NCBI RefSeq assembly: GCF_030295425.1
Contig: NZ_AP027081.1
Coordinates: 2,108,965-2,172,964 of the forward strand
DNA: 64,000 nt
Direction: 5' to 3'
DNA from: Mesoterricola sediminis
Lineage (GTDB): Bacteria; Acidobacteriota; Holophagae; Holophagales; Holophagaceae
Positions 27,977 through 38,718 of this stretch are shown here, one piece after another (positions within the stretch are counted from its first letter, which is position 1; the number at the start of each line of letters is the position of its first letter). The translations under genes were made by a program, and so were the position numbers. The notes beneath the pieces are model-generated. The model did no database searches and was not told the origin of the DNA. It worked only from the letters and a program-made list of their open reading frames with translations.

Positions 27977-29067
27977 AATACCTGGACGAGTACCGGGACC
28001 CGGCCGCGGCCCGGCGCCTGGTGGAGGCCATCCGCGGGCTGGTGACCCGGCCCTGGAACCTGATGGAGGTCTGCGGGGGGCAGACCCACGCCATCGTCCG
28101 GTTCGGCATCGACGAGCTGCTGCCCGAAGGCGTCCGCCTCATCCACGGCCCCGGGTGCCCCGTCTGCGTGACGCCCATCGAGCTCATCGACAAGGCCGTG
28201 GCCATCGCCGCGCGGCCCGGGGTCATCTTCTGCAGCTTCGGTGACATGCTCCGGGTGCCCGGGAGCGCCTCGGACCTCTTCCGGGTGCGCAGCGAGGGCG
28301 GGGATGTCCGCGTGGTCTACTCGCCCCTGGACGCGGTGCGGATCGCGGCGGAGAACCCGGGCCGGCAGGTGGTGTTCTTCGCGGTGGGGTTCGAGACCAC
28401 GGCCCCGGCCAACGCCCTCAGCGTCCTCGAGGCCAGGCGGCTGGGCCTGGCCAACTACTCGGTGCTGGTCTCCCACGTGCTGGTCCCGCCCGCCCTGGAG
28501 GCGGTGCTGGGCTCCCCGGACCGGATCGTGGACGGCCTCCTCGCGGCGGGCCACGTGTGCGCGGTCATGGGCACGGAGGCCTACCACCCCCTCGCGGCGC
28601 GCCACCGGGTGCCGATCGTCGTCACGGCCTTCGAGCCCCTGGACCTCCTCCAGGGGATCCACATGGCCCTCCGGCAGCTGGAGGAGGGCAGGGCGGAGGT
28701 GGAGAACCAGTACGACCGCGTGGTGAGGCCCGGCGGCAACCCCGCGGCCCGGGCGGTCATGGACGAGGTGTTCCGGGTGGCGGACCGGGCCTGGCGCGGA
28801 ATCGGGGTCATCCCCATGAGCGGGCTCGTCCTCCGGGAGGCCTTCGCCGCCTTCGACGCGGAGCGGGTCTTCGAGGTGGAGGGCGTCGGCGGCCCCGAGT
28901 CGCCCCACTGCCGGAGCGGGCTGGTGCTCCAGGGCCTGCTGAAGCCCCAGGCGTGCCCGGCCTTCGGGACCCTCTGCACCCCGGACAATCCCCTGGGGGC
29001 CACGATGGTGAGCGGGGAGGGGGCCTGCGCGGCCTACTACCGCTACCGCAGGCACGGACTCGCATGA
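27973..29067 (+). CDS. hypD: hydrogenase maturation factor HypD
   Basis: [22 protein letters not shown] motifs; GTG start overlapping the hypC stop (GTGA). Confidence 0.9.
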   Translation: MKYLDEYRDPAAARRLVEAIRGLVTRPWNLMEVCGGQTHAIVRFGIDELLPEGVRLIHGPGCPVCVTPIELIDKAVAIAARPGVIFCSFGDMLRVPGSASDLFRVRSEGGDVRVVYSPLDAVRIAAENPGRQVVFFAVGFETTAPANALSVLEARRLGLANYSVLVSHVLVPPALEAVLGSPDRIVDGLLAAGHVCAVMGTEAYHPLAARHRVPIVVTAFEPLDLLQGIHMALRQLEEGRAEVENQYDRVVRPGGNPAARAVMDEVFRVADRAWRGIGVIPMSGLVLREAFAAFDAERVFEVEGVGGPESPHCRSGLVLQGLLKPQACPAFGTLCTPDNPLGATMVSGEGACAAYYRYRRHGLA

Positions 29068-30119
29068 CGGAGGGGGGCATGGAATTCCAGCTGAGCTGTC
29101 CGGCGCCCCTGCGCCACGACACCATCCAGATGGCCCACGGGGGCGGCGGCCGCGCCATGCGCGACCTCCTGGAGTCGGTGATGCTCCCGGCCTTCAGCAA
29201 TCCGGCCCTGGAGGGCCGCCACGACGCGGCCGTCGTCGAGGCCGGCGGGGCCAGGCTGGCCTTCACCACGGACACCTTCGTGGTCCAGCCGCGGTTCTTC
29301 CCCGGCGGGGACATCGGCGAACTGGCCGTCTACGGCACCGTGAACGACCTGGCCATGGCCGGCGCGCGGCCGCAGTGGCTCAGCGCCGGCATGGTGCTGG
29401 AGGAGGGCTACCCCATCGAGGAGCTGCGGCGGGTGGCCGCCTCCATGCGCCGGGCCGCGGACGCCTGCGGCGTGGCCATCGTCACCGGCGACACCAAGGT
29501 CGTGGACCGGGGCCGGGGGGACGGGATCTACATCAACACGGCCGGCCTCGGCGCGGTGCCCGCGGGCCTGGACCTGGGCCCGGCCTCCGTGCGGCCCGGG
29601 GACGCCGTGCTCCTGAGCGGCGACGTGGGCCGTCACGGGATCGCCGTCATGTCGGTGCGGGACGGCATCGCCTTCCGGACCCCCGTGGAGAGCGACTGCG
29701 GGCCCCTCCACGGCCTCGTCGCGGCCCTCCTGGACGGCGGCGTCACCCCGCGCTGCCTCCGCGACGCGACCCGGGGCGGCCTGGCCTCCGTCCTCAACGA
29801 GATCGCCACGGACGCCCGGGTCGGCATCGAGGCGCGGGAGGAGGACATCCCCGTCCTGCCCGGCGTCGCCGGCGCCTGCGAGATGCTGGGCCTGGACCCC
29901 CTCTACGTGGCCTGCGAAGGGCGGATGGTCGCCTTCGTTCCCGAGGCGGAGGCCGCCCGCGCCCTGGACCTGCTCCGGTCCCGCCCCGAGGGCGCCGGGG
30001 CCGTCCGGATCGGCACCGTCACCGACGCCCATCCGGGGGCCGTCCTCCTCCGGACGGCCCTGGGCACCCGCCGCGTGCTCGATCTCCTGAGCGGCGAACA
30101 ACTTCCGAGGATCTGCTGA
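29064..30119 (+). CDS. hypE: hydrogenase maturation factor HypE (carbamoyl dehydratase)
   Basis: AIR-synthase-like fold motifs; C-terminal PRIC with the terminal Cys carrier; ATGA overlap with the hypD stop. Confidence 0.9.
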   Translation: MTEGGMEFQLSCPAPLRHDTIQMAHGGGGRAMRDLLESVMLPAFSNPALEGRHDAAVVEAGGARLAFTTDTFVVQPRFFPGGDIGELAVYGTVNDLAMAGARPQWLSAGMVLEEGYPIEELRRVAASMRRAADACGVAIVTGDTKVVDRGRGDGIYINTAGLGAVPAGLDLGPASVRPGDAVLLSGDVGRHGIAVMSVRDGIAFRTPVESDCGPLHGLVAALLDGGVTPRCLRDATRGGLASVLNEIATDARVGIEAREEDIPVLPGVAGACEMLGLDPLYVACEGRMVAFVPEAEAARALDLLRSRPEGAGAVRIGTVTDAHPGAVLLRTALGTRRVLDLLSGEQLPRIC

Positions 30120-30913
30120 TGGACTTGACCCTGGACCTCCCCCCGCGCCACCTCGACCTCGAGGGGGTCAGCAACTTCCGCGACATGGGCGGCTACCGCG
30201 GCCACGGCGGCCGGGCCGTGCGCTGGGGGCGCCTCTTCCGCTCGGGGAACCTGCATCGCCTCACCCCCGGCGACCGGCAGCGGCTGGCCCCCCTCGGGCT
30301 GGCCCTCGTCGTGGACTTCCGCCAGCGCGCCGAGCAGGAGCGGGAGCCCTCCGCCTGGGATCCAGCCTCGGCCCCCCGCACCTGCGCGGCGGAGGTGGTG
30401 CCGGGCAGCGCCGAATCCTTCTTCCGGGCCACCGGGGACAGCACCGTGAGCCTGGACCGGACGGCGGAGTTCATGGCCCACCTCTACCGGGACATGGTGG
30501 TGAACCAGACGGCGGCTTGGCGGGCGATGTTCGAAGGGATCCTGGCCACCCGCGAGGGCGCCGTCCTCATGCACTGCGCGGCGGGCAAGGACCGCACGGG
30601 CTTCGCCGGCGCCCTCGTGCTCAGCGCCCTGGGCGTGGCCTGGGAGGACGTGACGCGGGACTACCTGCTCACCGCCCGCTACCAGGACCCGGACGAGGAA
30701 ATGGCCCGGGTCCTCAGGGTGGCCGAGCACCTGGTGAAACCGCCCATGTCCCGGGAGGTCATCCGGCCCATGTTCGAGGTGCGCCCCGCCTACCTCGCCG
30801 CGGCCCGGGAAGAGCTGGAGGCCCGCTGGGGCTCGGTGGACGCCTACCTGACCCGGGAACTGGGCCTCGGGCCCGCGGAGCGGAGGACCCTGGAGGCCCG
30901 CTACCTGGCCTGA
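30119..30913 (+). CDS. protein-tyrosine-phosphatase-like protein (CX5R P-loop HCAAGKDRTG)
   Basis: Start overlaps the hypE stop (TGATG); the HCxAGxxRTG signature defines the PTP fold. Confidence 0.75.
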   Translation: MDLTLDLPPRHLDLEGVSNFRDMGGYRGHGGRAVRWGRLFRSGNLHRLTPGDRQRLAPLGLALVVDFRQRAEQEREPSAWDPASAPRTCAAEVVPGSAESFFRATGDSTVSLDRTAEFMAHLYRDMVVNQTAAWRAMFEGILATREGAVLMHCAAGKDRTGFAGALVLSALGVAWEDVTRDYLLTARYQDPDEEMARVLRVAEHLVKPPMSREVIRPMFEVRPAYLAAAREELEARWGSVDAYLTRELGLGPAERRTLEARYLA

Positions 30914-30982
30914 AGTTGAATAGGTCAAGCGAGCTGACATGGAAGCGAGTAGAGTGGGAGCGTTCCACCTAGGAGTCCCATC

Positions 30983-33019
30983 ATGGACATGTCCGCCGCG
31001 TTCGGCGCCCTCCCCCAGACCCTGGGATGGGGGGTGCTCCTCCTGCTCGTCATCCTCCTCCTCGCCAAGACCATCCGGTACATACCGAACAATCGGGTTG
31101 GCGTGGTCGAAAAGCTCATCAGCCGGAAGGGCTCCCTCAAGGGCGGGTTCATCGCGCTCAACGGGGAGGCCGGCTTCCAGCCCGATGTGCTCCGCGGCGG
31201 CTGGCACCTGTTCATGCCGTTCATGTACCGCATCCACAAGGTGCCCCTGGTCACCATCCCCCAGAGCAAGATCGGCTACGTGTACGCCCGCGACGGCCAC
31301 GACCTGCCGCCCACCCAGACCCTGGCCGCCAACGACGCCACCCGCGATTTCCAGGATGTGACCGCCTTCCTCCGGGCCGGCGGCCAGAAGGGTCCCCAGC
31401 GGGGCCTGCTGCGGGAGGGCACGTACGCCATCAACCTGGCCCAGTTCGTCGTCCTCACGGAGGACCAGCTCTACTACCTGCCCCTCGACCGGTCCGAGAT
31501 CGACACCTTCACCAAGATGTCGGCCGTGATCTCGGAGCGGGGCGGCTACCGTCCCGTGATCATCCGCGGCGCCGACGACGCGGTGGGCATCGTGACGGTC
31601 CATGACGGCCCCTCCCTGGGCTCCGGCGAGATCATCGCCCCGACCGTGGGCGAGGACCTGGCCAAGGCCGAGACCTACCACAACAACTTCCAGGACGCTG
31701 ACAAGTTCCTGAAGGCGGGCGGCTTCCGCGGTCGCCAGTACCAGGTGCTCGTCGAAGGCACCTACTACATCAACCGGCTCTTCGCGACGGTCGAACTGAT
31801 CCCCAAGACCGTGGTCGAGGTGGGGAACGTGGGCGTCGTCGTCTCCTACACCGGCGAGGCGGGTCCCGACATCAGCGGGCAGGAGTACCGCCACGGCGAG
31901 CTGGTCACCCCCGGCCAGCGCGGCGTCTGGAGCGAGCCGCTGCTCCCCGGCAAGTACGCGTTCAACACCTACGCCGGCAAGGTCCTGCTCGTGCCCACCA
32001 CCAACTTCATCCTGAAGTGGAACAAGGCCGAGGTGGGCTCCCACAAGTACGACGAGAACCTCACCGAGGTCAGCCTGATCACGAAGGACGCCTTCGAGCC
32101 CAGCCTGCCGCTCTCCGTCGTGGTCCACATCGACTACCGGAAGGCCCCGCTGGTCATCCAGCGCTTCGGCGACGTGAAGAAGCTCGTCGAGCAGACCCTC
32201 GACCCCATGGTCAGCGCCTACTTCAAGAACATCGGCCAGACCCGGACCCTCATCCAGCTCATCCAGGACCGCTCCGCCATCCAGGACCAGAGCGGCGTCC
32301 AGATGAAGGAGAAGTTCGTCCAGTACAACCTGGAGCTCCAGGAGGTGCTGATCGGCACGCCCACCAGCGGCGCCGCCGGGGGCCAGATCGAGCAGATCCT
32401 CACCCAGCTCCGCAGCCGGCAGATCGCCAACGAGCAGGTCGAGACCTACGAGCGCCAGCAGACCGCGGCCGTGAAGGAGCGGGAGCTCCGGGAAGCCGAA
32501 GCCAAGGCCAAGCAGCAGACCCTCCTCACGGAATCCGAGATCTCCATCAACGTGCAGAGCAACGCCGGCAAGGCCGACTACGCCCGCGCCCAGCAGCAGG
32601 CCTCCCAGATCCAGACCCTCGCCTCCGCGGAGGCCGAGAAGATGCGCCTGATGGGCGAAGGCGAGGCCAAGCGGATCAAGGCCCTGGCCGAGGCCGAGGC
32701 CGAGAAGGCCGCCCGGGTGGGCATCGCCCAGGCCATGGCCATCGAGGAGCAGGTGCGCGCCTACGGCGGGCCCCAGTTCCAGCTGGTCCAGCAGGTCATG
32801 AGCCGCTTCGCCGAGGCCATCCAGAGCTCCCAGGTGGACGTGGTGCCCAAGATCGCCATGGGCGGCCAGGGCGGGAGCGGCAGCCTCATCGAGAGCCTCC
32901 TCGGCGTGCTCCTCTCCGAGAAGGTGGGGCAGCTGGCCGGCGTCGCGCCGACGACGGCCCCCGACCCCGCGGCCCAGGCCCTCAAGGCGGAGATGATGAA
33001 GAAGCTGGGCCGGGAGTAG
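30983..33019 (+). CDS. flotillin-like SPFH/Band-7 domain protein (YqiK-like), 678 aa
   Basis: N-terminal TM helix, SPFH domain, long EA-rich coiled-coil C-terminus (AEAEAEKAARV). Confidence 0.85.
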   Translation: MDMSAAFGALPQTLGWGVLLLLVILLLAKTIRYIPNNRVGVVEKLISRKGSLKGGFIALNGEAGFQPDVLRGGWHLFMPFMYRIHKVPLVTIPQSKIGYVYARDGHDLPPTQTLAANDATRDFQDVTAFLRAGGQKGPQRGLLREGTYAINLAQFVVLTEDQLYYLPLDRSEIDTFTKMSAVISERGGYRPVIIRGADDAVGIVTVHDGPSLGSGEIIAPTVGEDLAKAETYHNNFQDADKFLKAGGFRGRQYQVLVEGTYYINRLFATVELIPKTVVEVGNVGVVVSYTGEAGPDISGQEYRHGELVTPGQRGVWSEPLLPGKYAFNTYAGKVLLVPTTNFILKWNKAEVGSHKYDENLTEVSLITKDAFEPSLPLSVVVHIDYRKAPLVIQRFGDVKKLVEQTLDPMVSAYFKNIGQTRTLIQLIQDRSAIQDQSGVQMKEKFVQYNLELQEVLIGTPTSGAAGGQIEQILTQLRSRQIANEQVETYERQQTAAVKERELREAEAKAKQQTLLTESEISINVQSNAGKADYARAQQQASQIQTLASAEAEKMRLMGEGEAKRIKALAEAEAEKAARVGIAQAMAIEEQVRAYGGPQFQLVQQVMSRFAEAIQSSQVDVVPKIAMGGQGGSGSLIESLLGVLLSEKVGQLAGVAPTTAPDPAAQALKAEMMKKLGRE

Positions 33020-33106
33020 CGGGCCGGACGGGAAACCCCGGCCCCTGGACGAACGAGGGCCCCGCGCCTCCGGGCGCGGGCCCCTCGCCCTGTCCGGGCG
33101 CCGCTC

Positions 33107-34159
33107 TCAGACCATGGGGCGGTCGCCCTCCCAGGTGGTCACGAGGCGGTCGGCGGCGGCGCGGATCCGGTCCAGGGCCTCCTCGATGTCCGCGTCGGCC
33201 AGGTCCCGGTGGGTGATGAAGCGCAGGGCGCTGCCCACGGGGAGGACCCGGACGCCGACGCCCTCCAGGATGGACAGGGCGGCGGCGGCGTCGGGCACGG
33301 GGACCAGGAGGATGTTGGTGTCGGGCGGGGCCACCCGGAAGCCCATGGCCCGGAGGCCGTCGGCGAGGCGCCGGGCCTTGGCGTGGTCCTCGGGGACGCG
33401 GGGCAGGTAGTCGAGGGCCACCAGGCCCGCGGCGGCCACGATGCCGCCTTGCCTGACGCCGCCGCCCAGCATCTTGCGGATGCGGCGCCCGGCCTCCACG
33501 AGGTCCCGGGAACCGCAGAGGACCGAGCCCATGGGGGCGCCCAGGCCCTTGCTGAGGCAGACGTTCACGGTGTCGGCGCCCCAGGCGAGGTCGGCCAGGG
33601 TGTCGCCGGTGGCGGCCGCGGCGTGCCAGAGGCGCGCGCCGTCCAGGTGGACCTTGAGGCCCAGGGCGCGGGCCTGCTCCACCAGGGCGCGGTGCTCCGC
33701 CGCCGTCGTGCAGGTGCCGCCCGCGAAGTTGTGGGTGTTCTCGAGGCAGAGGAGGGCGCTGCGCAGGGTGTAGTAGGGGCCGGGCCTGCCCGCGGCCCTG
33801 AAGACCTGCATGGGGGTGATCCGGCCGGGGCCCGCCTCCCAGGGCAGGGCCTCGGGCATGCCCTGGGCGAGCCAGGCCGGGGTGCCCAGCTCGGAACCCA
33901 GGACGTGGGCCTGGGCCGGGGCCAGGAACCGGTCGCCCCGGGACAGGTGGAGCATGAGGGCGATGGTGTTGGCCATGCACCCGGTGGGGGTCCAGAGGCC
34001 CGCCTCCAGGCCCAGGAGCTCGGCCACCCTGCGTTCGAGGCGGTCCATGAGGGGGTCGCGGTCGAGGACGTCGTCCCCGACCTCGGCGGAGGCCATGGCG
34101 GCGCGCATTTCGGGGGAGGGGCGCGTGACGGTGTCGGATCGGAAGTCGAGTGCTCTCAT
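33107..34159 (-). CDS. ltaE: low-specificity L-threonine aldolase
   Basis: DFRSDTVTRPS N-terminus, HLDGARLWHAA, CLSKGLGAP lysine region; internal ATG at 34159. Confidence 0.8.
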   Translation of the reverse strand: MRALDFRSDTVTRPSPEMRAAMASAEVGDDVLDRDPLMDRLERRVAELLGLEAGLWTPTGCMANTIALMLHLSRGDRFLAPAQAHVLGSELGTPAWLAQGMPEALPWEAGPGRITPMQVFRAAGRPGPYYTLRSALLCLENTHNFAGGTCTTAAEHRALVEQARALGLKVHLDGARLWHAAAATGDTLADLAWGADTVNVCLSKGLGAPMGSVLCGSRDLVEAGRRIRKMLGGGVRQGGIVAAAGLVALDYLPRVPEDHAKARRLADGLRAMGFRVAPPDTNILLVPVPDAAAALSILEGVGVRVLPVGSALRFITHRDLADADIEEALDRIRAAADRLVTTWEGDRPMV

Positions 34160-34208
34160 GGGGAGGATTCTATCCCCTTCTTCGGCTACCCTGGGCTCAG
34201 GAGCGCCC

Positions 34209-35090
34209 ATGACCCTTCTCATCGCCATCCTCCTCGGCCTCGTCCAGGGCCTCACCGAATTCCTCCCTGTGTCCTCGACGGCCCACCTGACCCTGGCGGA
34301 GAACCTGCTGCTCCACCGGAGCATGCCGCTGGCCTTCGACGTGCTCCTGCACGTGGGGACCCTCCTGGCCCTGGTGGTCTACTTCCGGGCCGAGATCGTC
34401 CAGATGGTGATGGGCATCCTGGGCCGCAACGCCGAGGGGCGTCGTTTGGCCGGCTGGATTCTCGTCGCCATGGTCCCCACCGTGGCCTTCGGTTTCCTGA
34501 CGCGGCACCTGAAGGAGACGGCCAAGGAACACCTGTGGATCTACGGGCTCTGCCTCCTGCTGACCGCCGCCATCCTCTTCTGGGCCAACGGGCTCGCCTC
34601 CCGGCGGGAGGGCAGGGGCCTCCACCAGATGGGCGCCCTGGACGCGCTGGCCGTGGGGACGATCCAGGGCCTCGGCGGGGGTTTCGGGCTCTCGCGCAGC
34701 GGCTCCACCATCGCCATGGGCGTCTTCCGCGGCCTGCAGCTCCCCGCGGCGACCCGGTTCAGCTTCCTCCTGGGCATGCCGACGATCCTCGGGGCCGCGG
34801 TCCTGGAGGGCACCCACATCCTCAAGCCGCTCCTGAAGCACCAGCCCCTGCCCCTGGAAGCGGCCTTCCCCCCCGGCTCCCTGGGACCGGCCGCCGCCTG
34901 TGTCGTGGGCGTCGCCGCCGCGGCGGTCTCCGGCTACCTGGCGATCAGCCTCCTGGACCGCTTCACCCGGCGTCCCCGGCTGAATCCCTTCGCGTTCTAC
35001 TGCCTCTGCGCGGGCGCCCTGATGCTGATCCTGGGCACGGTGGGGGTCCCCGGCCTGGCCTTCGTGCAGGGTGTCTCGCTCCCCCGCTGA
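34209..35090 (+). CDS. uppP: undecaprenyl-diphosphatase
   Basis: GLTEFLPVSSTAH and SRSGSTI motifs; eight TM helices. Confidence 0.9.
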   Translation: MTLLIAILLGLVQGLTEFLPVSSTAHLTLAENLLLHRSMPLAFDVLLHVGTLLALVVYFRAEIVQMVMGILGRNAEGRRLAGWILVAMVPTVAFGFLTRHLKETAKEHLWIYGLCLLLTAAILFWANGLASRREGRGLHQMGALDALAVGTIQGLGGGFGLSRSGSTIAMGVFRGLQLPAATRFSFLLGMPTILGAAVLEGTHILKPLLKHQPLPLEAAFPPGSLGPAAACVVGVAAAAVSGYLAISLLDRFTRRPRLNPFAFYCLCAGALMLILGTVGVPGLAFVQGVSLPR

Positions 35091-35140
35091 GAGGTCTTGC
35101 TACACTTGAGGCCGCACATCACTCCCAGGGAGAGAAACCC

Positions 35141-35905
35141 TTGATCCAGCTCACGGATATATACAAGGCCTTCGACGTGAAGGACCGGAAGACGCGCGCC
35201 CGCATGCGCATCGAAGCCGTCAGGGGGATCTCCCTGACCGTCCAGCCCGGGGAGATCTACGGGCTCCTGGGCCCGAACGGCGCCGGGAAGTCGACCACCC
35301 TGCGCATGATCGCCGGCCTCATGGCCCCCGACCGCGGCCGCATCGAGGTGTGCGGCATCGACAACGCCCGGGAGCCTGAGCGGGCCCGGGCCCTCACGGG
35401 CTACCTCTCCACGGACCTGAGCGTCTACAACCGCTTCACCCCCCGGGAGCTGCTCCGGCTCTTCGGGGAGCTCCAGGGCGTCGACCCGAGGACCGCGGAA
35501 CGGCGCGGGCTCCACCTGCTGGAGCGCCTCCACATGGCCGAGTTCGCGGACGTGAAGATGGAGGGCTTCTCCGGCGGCCAGAAGCAGAAGGTCTCCATCG
35601 CCCGGGCCCTCCTCCACGACCCCAAGGTGGTCATCTTCGACGAGCCCACCACGGGCCTGGACGTGCTCACGGCCAAGACGGTGCTCGACCTGCTCGGCAT
35701 CATGAAGGCCGAGGGGCGCTCCGTCATCGTCTCCACCCACGTCATGCCCATGGTCGAGGCGGTCTGCGACCGCGTCGGCATCATCTTCGAGGGGCGGCTG
35801 CACGGAGACGCGGCGCCCAGGGCCCTCCTGGAGCGCTGGGGCGTGGCCACCCTGGACGAGGTCTTCTTCAAGCTGGTCGCGGAGAAGGAAGGGGGTGCCG
35901 CGTGA
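35141..35905 (+). CDS. ABC transporter ATP-binding protein (NatA-like)
   Basis: Walker A GPNGAGKST, signature FSGGQKQK, Walker B VIFDEPT; TTG start after a GGGAGAG RBS. Confidence 0.85.
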   Translation: MIQLTDIYKAFDVKDRKTRARMRIEAVRGISLTVQPGEIYGLLGPNGAGKSTTLRMIAGLMAPDRGRIEVCGIDNAREPERARALTGYLSTDLSVYNRFTPRELLRLFGELQGVDPRTAERRGLHLLERLHMAEFADVKMEGFSGGQKQKVSIARALLHDPKVVIFDEPTTGLDVLTAKTVLDLLGIMKAEGRSVIVSTHVMPMVEAVCDRVGIIFEGRLHGDAAPRALLERWGVATLDEVFFKLVAEKEGGAA

Positions 35906-37119
35906 GGGGCGCGCTGCTGATCGTCAAGAAGGAGTTCCTGGAGCTCTCCAAGGACCGGAAGACCCTCTTCTTCACCTTCCTCATGCCCCTGATCCTCTAC
36001 CCGCTGCTCTTCACCATGATGGGGCGGCTGGGCAAGAGCGACGAGGCCAAGCGCGCCAGCCAGCCCAGCAGGGTCTGGGTGGCCCAGGCATCGCCCGCCG
36101 TCACGGCCCTGCTGGCCAAGGATCCCGCCAGCTTCACCCTGGCCCCCCGTCCCGAGGGGGACGTGCGCCAGGCCCTCCGGGACCAGAAGCTGGAGCTCAT
36201 CCTGGAACCCGATCCCCAGGCCGCCGAGAAGGAGGCCCGGAGCGAGACCTGGTCGGTGAAGGCCGTCTACGACCGCAGCGACGATTCCAGCCGGCTGGCC
36301 GTGGACCGCCTGAAGAAGGCCCTGGCCGCCCACGACAAGACCCTCGTCCAGGCCCGCCTGAAGGCCCTCGGGGCCTCGCCCCAGCTGGCGGAGCCCACCA
36401 AGGTGGACACGGAGGACGCGGGCGGCAAGGAACGGGCCATCGGCAAGATGCTGGGCTCCTTCCTGCCCTACATCCTCATGATCATGATGTACGCGGGCGC
36501 CATGCAGCACGGCATCTACGCGACGGCCGGGGAGAAGGAGCGGGGCACCCTCCTGAGCCTGCTGTCCACGAGCATCCCCCGCAGCCAGATCATCATCGGC
36601 AAGCTGCTCTACGTCTTCTCCATCGGGCTCATCGTGGCCCTCATCAACCTCCTGAGCATGGCCTTCTCCGTGGCCCGCGCCATGGGCGAGGCGGTGGCCC
36701 AGGGCGCGCCCGCCGCCGGCGGCGCAGCGATGCCGGGCCTCGCGGCCCTGGCCAGCCCCTCCGTCATCCTCCTCAGCTTCCTGCTGGTGGTGCCCCTGGG
36801 GCTCTTCTTCGCCAACTTCATCATCCTGGGGGGCATCCAGGCCCGGAACACCGTCGAGGCCGGGACGGCCCTCACCCCCGGGGTCTTCGTGGTCGTCGTC
36901 CTCGGCGTCTTCTCCATGGCGCCGGGCATCGAGAAGATGCCCATCCTGCCGTACGTGCCGGTCCTGAACGTCAGTCTGGCCATCCGCAAACTGTTCAGCC
37001 AGCAGGCCAATGCGGCGGAATACCTGATCGCGCTGGTGATGACCCTGGGCCTGGCCTGCCTCATGACCTGGCTCTCGACCCGCATGCTGAAGCGCGAATC
37101 GGCTATATTCAAGGTTTAA
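35902..37119 (+). CDS. ABC-2 family permease (NatB-like)
   Basis: GTG start overlapping the ATPase stop (GTGA); large periplasmic loop followed by five TM helices. Confidence 0.75.
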   Translation: MRGALLIVKKEFLELSKDRKTLFFTFLMPLILYPLLFTMMGRLGKSDEAKRASQPSRVWVAQASPAVTALLAKDPASFTLAPRPEGDVRQALRDQKLELILEPDPQAAEKEARSETWSVKAVYDRSDDSSRLAVDRLKKALAAHDKTLVQARLKALGASPQLAEPTKVDTEDAGGKERAIGKMLGSFLPYILMIMMYAGAMQHGIYATAGEKERGTLLSLLSTSIPRSQIIIGKLLYVFSIGLIVALINLLSMAFSVARAMGEAVAQGAPAAGGAAMPGLAALASPSVILLSFLLVVPLGLFFANFIILGGIQARNTVEAGTALTPGVFVVVVLGVFSMAPGIEKMPILPYVPVLNVSLAIRKLFSQQANAAEYLIALVMTLGLACLMTWLSTRMLKRESAIFKV

Positions 37120-37158
37120 GGTTTTTCTTCACGTCCGCCCCACATCGAGGTATCCAGC

Positions 37159-37677
37159 ATGGCCATCAAGCCCAAGACCAACGAGAGCCCCGTCACTTCA
37201 GCCGACATGACGCTGGAGGACAGCCTGACGGCGGCCCTCGCAAAACTCGGCGACAATGACCTGAAGGCCGCCCAGGCCGCCTTCGAGGCCGTCCAGGCCG
37301 CCGCCCTCCAGGCCGAGGCGTTCCCCATCGCCCGGACCGCCCAGTCCCACCTGGCCGCCATCGCCAAGCGCCTCGACGGCGCCGAGGCCCCGGCCGAGCC
37401 CGCCCCCGAACTGGCTGTGCAGGTGCAGCTCAACCGCCGCGATCCCGAAGCCGCCCTCGGGCTGGCCGAGGCCGCCCTGAAGGCCCGTCCGGACCACGCC
37501 GGCCTCCACTACCTCAAGGCCCTCTCCCTGGCCCTCCTGGACCGTCCGCAGGAGTCCGCCGACGCCCTGACCCAGGCCACCAGCCTCGATCCGGGCCTGA
37601 TCTACCAGTTCCGCCTGGAGCCCGACTTCGACGCCGTGAGGCAGTCGGGCCCCTTCGCCGTCTTCAACCGGGGCTGA
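37159..37677 (+). CDS. TPR-like hypothetical protein
   Basis: Ala-rich helical N-terminal half; C-terminal TPR-like repeats (LAEAALKARPDHAGLHYLKALSLALLDRPQESADALTQATSLDPG). Confidence 0.5.
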   Translation: MAIKPKTNESPVTSADMTLEDSLTAALAKLGDNDLKAAQAAFEAVQAAALQAEAFPIARTAQSHLAAIAKRLDGAEAPAEPAPELAVQVQLNRRDPEAALGLAEAALKARPDHAGLHYLKALSLALLDRPQESADALTQATSLDPGLIYQFRLEPDFDAVRQSGPFAVFNRG

Positions 37678-37683
37678 GGCCCC

Positions 37684-38673
37684 ATGGCCGGCGGGAGGGG
37701 CCTCCACGCCGAGATGCCCCTCAAGGTGGTCGCCATCGGGGGCGGCACCGGCCTGGCCGCCCTGCTCCGGGCCCTCAAGCCCGAGGCGGGGCGGACCCGG
37801 GACCCCTGGCGCCTGACGGGGATCGTCACGGTCTCCGACGACGGGGGGTCCAGCGGCCGGCTGCGCGATGAGCTGGGGGGCATCCCCCCCGGCGACCTGC
37901 GCAACTGCCTGTCGGCCCTCACCCGGGAGGAGTCCGTCCTCTCGGACCTCCTCAACTACCGGTTCCGGTCAGACGGGTCCCTTTCCGGGCACTCCCTCGG
38001 CAACCTGATGCTCCATGCCCTGGCCGACCTCACCGGCGACTGGGTGCGGGCCATCCGCCAGCTCAGCAACGTGCTCGTCACCGTGGGCCGGCTCTACCCG
38101 TCCACCGTGGTCCCGGTCGTGCTGCGGGCGGAGGACATGGAGGGGCGCCGCTACACCGGCGAGACCCACGTCAACTCCGCCAAGCCGCCCCTCGCCCTGT
38201 TCTGGGCCGAGCCCCTGGACGCGGAACCCCTACCCGAGGCGATCCTGGCCATCCTCCAGGCCGACCTCATCCTCTTCGCGCCGGGGAGCCTCTACACCTC
38301 CACCATCGCCTCCCTCCTCATCGCGGAGCTCCGGGAGGCGGTGGCGCGGACGGGGGCCCCCGTCCTCTACATTGCGAACCTCATGACGGAGCCCGGCGAG
38401 AGTTCGGGCATGGACATGGAGGCGCACATCGCGGCCATCCAGGCCTTCGCCCACGTGGCCCTCTCCGCCGTCATCGCCAACACCGCCCCCCTCCCCGACG
38501 CGCTCCTGCGCCGCTACCGGGCCGAGGGCGGGGTTCCGCTCGTCCCCGACGCCGGGCGGATCTGCGGGGTGCCGATATTCTCCTATCCGCTCCTGGATCC
38601 GGAGGCGGAGATGGTGCGCCACCACCCCGTCCTGCTCAACCGGGCCATCCGGGACGTCATCGCTACCCTGTAG
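37684..38673 (+). CDS. yvcK: gluconeogenesis factor / UPF0052 (YvcK, CofD-like)
   Basis: VVAIGGGTGLAALLRAL and VTVSDDGGSSG motifs; alternative start at 37714. Confidence 0.8.
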   Translation: MAGGRGLHAEMPLKVVAIGGGTGLAALLRALKPEAGRTRDPWRLTGIVTVSDDGGSSGRLRDELGGIPPGDLRNCLSALTREESVLSDLLNYRFRSDGSLSGHSLGNLMLHALADLTGDWVRAIRQLSNVLVTVGRLYPSTVVPVVLRAEDMEGRRYTGETHVNSAKPPLALFWAEPLDAEPLPEAILAILQADLILFAPGSLYTSTIASLLIAELREAVARTGAPVLYIANLMTEPGESSGMDMEAHIAAIQAFAHVALSAVIANTAPLPDALLRRYRAEGGVPLVPDAGRICGVPIFSYPLLDPEAEMVRHHPVLLNRAIRDVIATL

Positions 38674-38718
38674 CGCCAACCCCGAATACGGATAACAATA
38701 GGGGACCGGGGTCGAGGC

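Noticed and set aside
33209-35905. 898-aa plus-strand ORF spanning ltaE antisense, uppP and the ABC ATPase
   Set aside because: It is the ABC ATPase frame running open upstream through antisense and other-frame sequence. The real start is the TTG at 35141.
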